Below, one piece after another: positions 56,163-62,904 of a stretch of DNA of 64,000 nt. Location: contig JAZRYY010000037.1 of assembly GCA_045600985.1 (NCBI GenBank), positions 23,031-87,030 of the forward strand, written 5' to 3'. Under the pieces are notes generated by a model that worked only from the letters and a program-made list of their open reading frames with translations, made no database searches and was not told the DNA's origin. Each line of letters opens with the position of its first letter. Position 1 is the first letter of the stretch. The DNA comes from Paludibacteraceae bacterium. GTDB taxonomy: Bacteria > Bacteroidota > Bacteroidia > Bacteroidales > Paludibacteraceae. The position numbers and the translations under genes are program-made.

Positions 56163-56963
56163 ATGAACGATAGCATTTTTGTTTATATAATAGTTACACT
56201 ACTATCAGGAGTAGTTGGTGCTTTTATTGGTACTTATTTCGGAGCCATCTTCTCTGCACGAAGACAAGAGAAGTGCCTGAGAGAAGTACGGAAGATGGCA
56301 TTAAAGGCCATAAACATCTTCAAGAGCTACGCTCATGGAGGTAAGACTTTTGCCGAGACAGCAGATCAGTTCAATAATTCAATGAGCATCTCGGAGAAAA
56401 GAACAGTAATTGTTGCATTACATAAACTTGGTATCCCTGTTCAGGTCTTGTCTAATGAGACCTTCAATATATCAAAAGTTACATTTGCTTGTCAAATAAT
56501 TGATAAGGAAGAGTTGGATGCCATTGCAAGACAAATAGAATCGGGGCATTGTGATACACTATTTCACAGCGATCCGGAGAAGTATTTTGACGATAATATT
56601 CGTCAGAAGTCCTTACGATCTGTTGCAAGACGTTGGGTTCTGGAAGTTCTTGTCAACAGCAACATAAGTGAAGATCGCCAAATAGTCACATATCCCAAGG
56701 ATTGGTTCAACGCTTTTACATTAGGCGAGAGATATGCTCTTTGCGTGATGAAAGAAAGAATCTCTACGGAAGAGTATTTCAATTCTAATGCTCAAATTGA
56801 TAGCAAGAAAATCGCAGACCTTCTCCGCGACATAGATTGTGGTCTCTGGGACAACTGCTTGTATTGGGACTATACGAACTACCGAAGTGTCGTCAGCGCA
56901 ATGAGTCTCAATGCAACAGTAGAAGGGATGATTCATAACTCCTCAAATAGCGCACCGGAATAA
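56163..56963 (+). CDS. Hypothetical protein with a single N-terminal TM helix (266 aa)
   Basis: IFVYIIVTLLSGVVGAFIGTYFGAIF followed by a soluble domain. It lies 25 nt after the previous ORF and 12 nt before the next. Confidence 0.55.
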   Translation: MNDSIFVYIIVTLLSGVVGAFIGTYFGAIFSARRQEKCLREVRKMALKAINIFKSYAHGGKTFAETADQFNNSMSISEKRTVIVALHKLGIPVQVLSNETFNISKVTFACQIIDKEELDAIARQIESGHCDTLFHSDPEKYFDDNIRQKSLRSVARRWVLEVLVNSNISEDRQIVTYPKDWFNAFTLGERYALCVMKERISTEEYFNSNAQIDSKKIADLLRDIDCGLWDNCLYWDYTNYRSVVSAMSLNATVEGMIHNSSNSAPE

Positions 56964-56975
56964 TAGATAGAACTT

Positions 56976-59084
56976 ATGACAACAAATATATTACATTTAT
57001 CAATTAACGATCTATTGCTGGATCCTAACAATTATCGTTTTATTGATGCAGATCATTATGTCCATACCAGTGAAGAACGATATGCTGACGAAAAAGTACA
57101 ATCAAATACATATCGACTTGTTACAGGAAAAAATAATGATGGTATATTGGATCTTATTAGCAGTTTTAAAGCGAATGGATTCATCAATGATGGTGAAATT
57201 CAGGTTAGGAAACATGAACTGTCAGGCAAGTATCTCGTAATAGAAGGAAACAGACGAGTTTCTACCCTTTTGTATTTCCGTAGGATGTTGAAGGATGGAT
57301 ATGCTTTTGATAAAATTGGTGATGCCGATTTGAGCGATATCATCGTTAAAGAAATAAAAGACATTGATCAGCTTTCCTATAAAATTGCTATGGGATTGCA
57401 GCATGTAGCAGGAAAAAAGAAATGGAATCCTATTAATCAGGCACAACTTCTGTATGATCTCATTTATGAAAATAACGTACCAGAGGATGAAGTGTGTGCT
57501 TCTCTTGGTTTGTCAAAGCAGGCTGTGCGTAAAAGCATACGTACTTTATTTCTGATTAAAGCATATCGTCAAAGTGATTTTGGTGATCAAATGCAAAGTG
57601 CAAAGTACTCCTTCTTTGAGGAAGCTATAAAGAATCCTCAGATGCGTGATTGGTTAGGATGGAATGACGACAGTAAAAAATGTGAAAATTCATTGAATCA
57701 AGAACGCTTCTTTACATGGATTTCCAATACGACAGATGAATATGGTAATACCATATCCGCAATAATAGAGAAAAGTGTGGATGTGCGACGACTTACCTCA
57801 ATTATTACCAACGAGGCAGCATTAAGACATATGGAAGAAGTCCATTCCTTTGAAGATGCTTACACATATACTGCAAATGATAACAAAGCTGCTGTTCAAT
57901 ATGCATTAAACAGGTTGGAAACCACTCTTCCTACATTAATAGCTAATAGTGTTTATTTGTCCAAAAATGAACAAGATCAATTAAGGAGACTTGTTGCAGC
58001 ATTAAAACCAGTCGTTGATGCAGATGAGATACGTTTGGGCGTTTTCTCCTCTATTAGTGTCTTTAACGAACTGACATGTCATTTTTCAGAAGTAAAGATA
58101 CATAGATTCAGAGGAATTAGCGAAATGGCACTGTCCACGCTATCAGATGTGAACCTTTTTGTCGGTGAAAATAATTGCGGTAAAACAAGTTTGCTGGAAG
58201 CAATTTACATGCTGACACAACAGAACAATATCAAACGCTATCTTGAGATGGAACAATTGAGATCTAAGAATCAAGGTAGCATTCATACAGACTGGTTAGT
58301 TAATTATGTTGCAAAATCTTTTGATATAGAGGGTACATTCAATGGATATCGATGTAGTGTAAACTTTTCATGCAAACCTTCAGAAAGTAAAAAACTTGAT
58401 AAGAATAACTACATTACGACTCTATCATCAACTTCTTCAATTGATATGCCTGATGGCGTATTTAAGTCATACCTGCATCTTTACAATAATAAGCAGCCTG
58501 TTCTCAATTACGATAGAATCGCAAACTTGTGCCCGAGTGCATTATCTTCCTCTTATCGAAGAGACTTCAATGCATTTATAACGGCTCATCGTATTGCCGT
58601 GGAAAAAGGTGTAATGCCAGAAATCATAGATTTTCTTGTAAAGCATGTTGACCCTGCCATTCAAAATATTCAACTCACGGGGGAAGATGGCTCGAATCGT
58701 TTTGTAGTCACTACTCGTAATAATTCGATTGGGCAGGATTTGACTAAGTTCGGAGAAGGACTGCAGCGAGTATTTGAGATTTCTCTTTATATTGCAGCAT
58801 GTGCAAATGGTTGCTTATTTGTGGATGAGATAGATTCTGCAATTCATAAAAAACTGCTTCCTAATTTTATAAGGCAAGTCGTGACACTTTGTAATCGTTT
58901 TAATGTTCAGCTCTTTGTAACCACGCACAGCAAAGAATGTATAGACATTTTCGCTAATGCGGGACTTGGTACACAATTGTCAGCATATAGATTACGTCCT
59001 CTTGGTAACGATTGCACCATAAATTATACAGATGGTGAGAATCTGAAAGAAATGATTGACATGTTTAATGTAGATATACGATAA
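56976..59084 (+). CDS. ParB/Srx-like N-terminal domain + HTH + ABC/OLD-type (AAA_15/AAA_21-like) ATPase fusion
   Basis: LSINDLLLDPNNYRF and YLVIEGNRRVSTL (ParB-box-like). HTH-like EDEVCASLGLSKQAVRKSIRTL. Walker A GENNCGKTSLLEAI (397-410), signature-like FGEGLQR, Walker B CLFVDEIDSAIH, H-loop LFVTTHSKE. Confidence 0.7.
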   Translation: MTTNILHLSINDLLLDPNNYRFIDADHYVHTSEERYADEKVQSNTYRLVTGKNNDGILDLISSFKANGFINDGEIQVRKHELSGKYLVIEGNRRVSTLLYFRRMLKDGYAFDKIGDADLSDIIVKEIKDIDQLSYKIAMGLQHVAGKKKWNPINQAQLLYDLIYENNVPEDEVCASLGLSKQAVRKSIRTLFLIKAYRQSDFGDQMQSAKYSFFEEAIKNPQMRDWLGWNDDSKKCENSLNQERFFTWISNTTDEYGNTISAIIEKSVDVRRLTSIITNEAALRHMEEVHSFEDAYTYTANDNKAAVQYALNRLETTLPTLIANSVYLSKNEQDQLRRLVAALKPVVDADEIRLGVFSSISVFNELTCHFSEVKIHRFRGISEMALSTLSDVNLFVGENNCGKTSLLEAIYMLTQQNNIKRYLEMEQLRSKNQGSIHTDWLVNYVAKSFDIEGTFNGYRCSVNFSCKPSESKKLDKNNYITTLSSTSSIDMPDGVFKSYLHLYNNKQPVLNYDRIANLCPSALSSSYRRDFNAFITAHRIAVEKGVMPEIIDFLVKHVDPAIQNIQLTGEDGSNRFVVTTRNNSIGQDLTKFGEGLQRVFEISLYIAACANGCLFVDEIDSAIHKKLLPNFIRQVVTLCNRFNVQLFVTTHSKECIDIFANAGLGTQLSAYRLRPLGNDCTINYTDGENLKEMIDMFNVDIR

Positions 59085-59085
59085 A

Positions 59086-59898
59086 ATGGTAGTAAAGATT
59101 CTTTTAGTTGAAGGAAGACATGATGCTGCCTTTATCGGCCGTATCTTAAAAGCCAATGGTTATGAAGATAGCAAATTGACAATCGGTGAATATCCTGAGT
59201 TTATCAAAGGCTATCTTACGAAGTTCTTTGAAGGAGCGCATATAGAGGATTCTACAATCAAGAACGTGGTTTCTAACTTATTCCTTCCTTCTTCATCACT
59301 TTCAGTATCGTCGGATCCTAATCAAATGTTGATTATTTTCCCCATGGGCGGTGATGCACAAAAAGACAGAAGAAGAGAACTTATTAGAAAGCTGTACAAA
59401 ATATTTAGCAACCCAATGTTTCAGGATGGAAAAGACTCACTTAAGATTATCTATAATCTTGATGCCGATGAACATGGTATTGCATTTCGAGAGCAGCAGG
59501 TTAATGAGGAATTACATGAGATAACAGATTCATCTATTCCTGAAATACATAATACATCTTGGACTCCATTTTGCGGAATTCAATGGGGATTATATGTGTT
59601 TGCTGATCCAACCACAGGAAAAGGGAAACTGGAGAATTTAGTACTGCCCCTTATTGAAGATAATAAAGAGGACCTAAAGTCATTAGTTGATAATTTTGTT
59701 TTCGAGCGTCCCAAAATGAATTATTGGAACACAAAATACAAACAGTACGATGAAGAGAAAGCCCGTATTAGTATGATGTGCCAAATGGAAATTTCGGGAG
59801 CTGCAAATACCACATTGCTCGTCAAAACAGGTCTAATTGATGATAGAAAACTTCAGACAGGTATTTATAAAGCAATAGTTGACTATATAACTTCATGA
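59086..59898 (+). CDS. Toprim-like protein (DUF3226/DUF4435/DUF4276-like)
   Basis: Starts 1 nt after the ATPase stop. KILLVEGRHDAAFI (Glu9) and IIYNLDADEHG (Asp126-x-Asp128) fit the E...DxD Toprim pattern. 270 aa. Confidence 0.55.
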   Translation: MVVKILLVEGRHDAAFIGRILKANGYEDSKLTIGEYPEFIKGYLTKFFEGAHIEDSTIKNVVSNLFLPSSSLSVSSDPNQMLIIFPMGGDAQKDRRRELIRKLYKIFSNPMFQDGKDSLKIIYNLDADEHGIAFREQQVNEELHEITDSSIPEIHNTSWTPFCGIQWGLYVFADPTTGKGKLENLVLPLIEDNKEDLKSLVDNFVFERPKMNYWNTKYKQYDEEKARISMMCQMEISGAANTTLLVKTGLIDDRKLQTGIYKAIVDYITS

Positions 59899-60348
59899 TT
59901 GATTATTTGTGTGTTTATTTACCCTAGTTCTTCATCTTGACTCAAGTTTTGAGAATATGATCGAACCATCCATCTAAAATATTCTTCAAATGCTTGATAC
60001 ACGTCCCTTGATACTGCAAGGAACCGCTTACGAGTCCTTCGGTCGTAAAATTTGCCCCATTCTACTTAACCAGTTTATAACAGTGTGTCACACAGTGGAT
60101 TATGTGTGCTCAAATTCATGATGGCAATTCCATTTGGGACCGATTTGGGACTATGAAGGAAAAGGGTGTGGCGTAGGTGTGAGGGACATCTTGACATTAC
60201 TCAGAAGACCCTCCCTGTTGCCGAAAGCATCAAATCGTCGAAAAGAATTAAAATCAGGTAAGAACTCTCTCACAAGGAATAAACCATTTCGGTGGCGTCA
60301 ACGATTTGGTCTCTACCCATATCTTTTCGTTGACCTCACTGATATGAT

Positions 60349-60648
60349 CGTTTCGTCATCGTTACCTTATTTTGTAAAGTCGCTCACCCGTCCCTTGAAT
60401 GGGATGTAAAATCGTTATCGTAGCAAAGCGTATCGTCATCGTCATCGTACGAAGTGGTACACCCGTCCCCCGTCGCGTGCATTCCGATGCTGTGCTATTG
60501 GAGGTGAGGACTTGCTTTTGGGACCTGCTTTGATGATCCGTTGAATGGAGATTTGGATTATATAACAATGAACGCGTATAAGTAAGATCAACTCAATAAG
60601 TCATCGTTATCGCCATCGTCTTCGTACGAAGCAAACACCCGTCCCCCG
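60349..60648. repeat. Three related segments (catcgt-type hexamer stutter followed by CACCCGTCCC) in a 1.2-kb non-coding stretch
   Basis: Copies at 60349-60395, 60411-60471 and 60599-60648. The last two share tcgtacgaag..acacccgtccccc. Confidence 0.65.
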
Positions 60649-61046
60649 AATATTCTTGGAGTATCTCCACGTTTTTGTCCGCTCGTCATCCTCAAAGAGG
60701 TGACGCTTTCATAGCGTAAGCGGAGAAAGAACCCTTCACAACCCCCGTAAGGGCTCCTCAAACAATTCATAACCCCAAATAGAGAACAATAAAACAAAAC
60801 GATATGTTAATACCTAATGTAAACCTGACCGGTAAGACCTCGGCTGGTGATGCTTAGGTGAAACCGCCCTCCACACCCTATTGCCTATCAGCAACAGAGT
60901 GTTCCGGGCTAAACAGAGAACAATACGCCAGAGTCTTCCCATCGCCTGCCTTGAGCCAGTCGAAGGGGTCAGACACAGGCTCAAAAATATAATCCACGAA
61001 AATTCGCGGATCATTCACGGACATTCGCGTTAAGGAAAAACAACCC

Positions 61047-61085
61047 CTCGAACCGTTCAAACATTTCGAACCATTCGAACACATT
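61047..61085. repeat. Stutter repeat (ttcgaacc-type units) upstream of the fnlB-like gene
   Basis: Reads ctcgaaccgttcaaacatttcgaaccattcgaacacatt. Confidence 0.7.
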
Positions 61086-61117
61086 ATAGAATATAATAGA
61101 AAAAAATAATTAACAAT

Positions 61118-62365
61118 ATGCATATACTCGTAACCGGTGCGAAAGGTTTCGTAGGAAAGAACCTCTGCGCACAACTCAACAACATCAAAGAAGGCAAGGC
61201 TAAATGCTATGGCGACCTCGTAGTAGAGGATGTCTATCAGTACGATATCGACTCTACGCCAGAGCAACTTGATGAATACTGCCAAAAGGCTGATTTCGTT
61301 TTCAACCTCGCTGGTGTCAACCGTCCTCAAAACCAGGAGGAATTTATGCAGGGCAATTTCGGCTTCGCTTCTACGCTGCTTGATACCCTCAAGAAACACC
61401 ACAACACTTGTCCGGTGATGTTGTCCAGTTCTATCCAGGCCACGCTTGCCGGCCGTTTCGGCACGTCTGAATATGGCAAGAGCAAGAAGGCAGGTGAGGA
61501 ACTTTTCTTCGATTATAGCAAAGAAACGGGCGCTAAGGTACTCGTATATCGATTCCCTAATCTTTATGGCAAGTGGTGTCGTCCTAACTACAACTCGGCT
61601 GTGGCTACGTTCTGCAATAATATCGCCAACGACCTGCCTATCACGGTCAACGACCCAACCGTAGATATGGAACTTCTCTATATCGACGACCTCGTTGAGG
61701 AAATGATCTGTGCACTCAAAGGCGAGGAACACTATTGCACTTTCGATGGTGTCAATGCCATACCACTTGAAACCTCTGAAACTTTGGAACTTGAAACTAA
61801 AGGCGAACATGCGTACGCCTACTGTCCCATCACCCATCACGTCAAGTTGGGCGAGATTGTGGACCTCCTCAATCAGTTTGCCGAGATGCCAAAGACCCTC
61901 ATGATTCCTGAGATCCCTGCCGATTCGTTCGCAAAACGCCTCTATAGCACTTTCCTCAGTTATCTACCTAAAGAGAAAGCCATCTTCGATCTTAAGATGA
62001 ACGTAGATCCACGCGGTAGCTTTACGGAATTGGTTCATACCCTCAATTGCGGTCAGGTCAGCATCAACATCTCCAAGCCGGGCATTACCAAGGGCCAGCA
62101 TTGGCACCACACCAAATGGGAGCAGTTCATCGTCGTTTCCGGCCATGGTCTCATCCAACTCCGCAACGAGAATGATCCTAATGGCGAGATTCTTAATTAT
62201 GAAGTCTATGGCGATAAGATTCAGTCCGTCCTCATGCTCCCTGGCTACACTCACAATATCATCAATCTGAGCGATACTGAAGATTTAGTCACAGTCATGT
62301 ACTGCAACGAGATCTTTAACCCCAATCGCCCGGACACTTACTTCGATCCCGTGGAGCCAAAGTAG
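61118..62365 (+). CDS. fnlB: CapF/WbjC(FnlB)-like bifunctional SDR + cupin enzyme of UDP-L-FucNAc-type sugar synthesis
   Basis: ILVTGAKGFVGKNL, LAGVNRP, LSSSIQA, FPNLYGKWCRPNYNSAVATFC, with a C-terminal cupin-like half. This closely parallels the CapF layout. Confidence 0.7.
   Translation: MHILVTGAKGFVGKNLCAQLNNIKEGKAKCYGDLVVEDVYQYDIDSTPEQLDEYCQKADFVFNLAGVNRPQNQEEFMQGNFGFASTLLDTLKKHHNTCPVMLSSSIQATLAGRFGTSEYGKSKKAGEELFFDYSKETGAKVLVYRFPNLYGKWCRPNYNSAVATFCNNIANDLPITVNDPTVDMELLYIDDLVEEMICALKGEEHYCTFDGVNAIPLETSETLELETKGEHAYAYCPITHHVKLGEIVDLLNQFAEMPKTLMIPEIPADSFAKRLYSTFLSYLPKEKAIFDLKMNVDPRGSFTELVHTLNCGQVSINISKPGITKGQHWHHTKWEQFIVVSGHGLIQLRNENDPNGEILNYEVYGDKIQSVLMLPGYTHNIINLSDTEDLVTVMYCNEIFNPNRPDTYFDPVEPK
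61766..61797 (+). repeat. CTGAAAC-family stutter repeat in frame in the fnlB-like gene (peptide LETSETLELET)
   Basis: Reads cttgaaacctctgaaactttggaacttgaaac, in codon phase 1 of the ORF, in the linker between the SDR and cupin halves. Confidence 0.8.
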
Positions 62366-62393
62366 TTTCAAGTTTCATGTTCCAAGATTCAAG
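62366..62393 (-). repeat. Inverted copy of the TTGAATC/TGAAAC repeat family, left flank of the four-helix-bundle gene
   Basis: Plus strand reads tttcaagtttcatgttccaagattcaag. The reverse complement is cttgaatcttggaacatgaaacttgaaa. Confidence 0.65.
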
Positions 62394-62395
62394 AT

Positions 62396-62797
62396 ATGGC
62401 AAAAGCAGAAAAGTTTGAAGATTTGGTAATCTTCCAGAAAGCACGTGAACTTTGTAAAGAAGTTTATCGTGTGACAAATCAAGAACCGTGGAAATACGAT
62501 ACACGATTTGTACAGCAAATCCATGCAGCTGTTGGCAGCATTATGGATAATATTGCTGAAGGTTACGAACGTGATGGCAACAAGGAGTTCAAGAACTTCC
62601 TATATATTGCCAAAGGATCATGTGGTGAGGTTCGCTCTCAGATAATTCGAGCTTCTGATGTTGGTTTTATAGATTCAGAAACATCAACGAAGTTATATAA
62701 TGATTGTATAGCTCTCAACAAGAGCATTGCAGCCTTTATCAAGAGTCTTCGTGTGGGCGGAATTTCCGGTATCAAGTACATGGAACCTGAATCCTGA
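62396..62797 (+). CDS. Four-helix-bundle protein (23S rRNA intervening-sequence protein family)
   Basis: FEDLVIFQKARELCKEVYRVT..., DNIAEGYER, AKGSCGEVRSQ signature blocks. The last codons (MEPES) are supplied by the flanking repeat. Confidence 0.8.
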   Translation: MAKAEKFEDLVIFQKARELCKEVYRVTNQEPWKYDTRFVQQIHAAVGSIMDNIAEGYERDGNKEFKNFLYIAKGSCGEVRSQIIRASDVGFIDSETSTKLYNDCIALNKSIAAFIKSLRVGGISGIKYMEPES

Positions 62798-62849
62798 AAC
62801 CACCTGAATCCTGAAACCACCTGAATCCAGAAACTTGAATCCTGAAACC
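62785..62849 (+). repeat. 17-bp tandem repeat acctgaatcctgaaacc, about 3.8 copies
   Basis: Exact units at 62785-62801 and 62802-62818, variant acctgaatccagaaact at 62819-62835, partial tgaatcctgaaacc at 62836-62849. Confidence 0.9.
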
Positions 62850-62904
62850 AAAGAATATCGAAAGTATAACAAATAATATAAACATATAATAAACAAACGT
62901 TCTT

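Larger units (their letters stand above)
55680..59900 (+). other. Low-GC island carrying a four-gene operon
   Basis: Hand counts on sample 60-nt lines give about 30-35 percent GC here versus about 50-60 percent in 53.4-55.7 kb and about 50 percent after 61.1 kb. Confidence 0.7.

Noticed and set aside
52221-60130. The tRNA-Asp duplication as attL/attR of an intact integrated element that carries the defence-like operon.
   Set aside because: The two repeat copies are only 60 bp apart and do not bracket the island. No integrase, excisionase or transposase gene is visible anywhere in 52-61 kb.
60134-60797. Short ORFs 60134-60409(+), 60362-60568(-) and 60588-60797(-) in the non-coding stretch.
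   Set aside because: Their translations are Arg/Ser/Thr-rich with no motifs. They overlap one another and the CACCCGTCCC repeat segments, and they lack promoter or start context.
60878-61840. A 320-aa minus-strand ORF spanning the fnlB-like gene start.
   Set aside because: Most of it is antisense to a gene with strong CapF-like motifs. Only its last 48 codons (60878-61024) lie outside that gene, and these are noted separately as a weak remnant.
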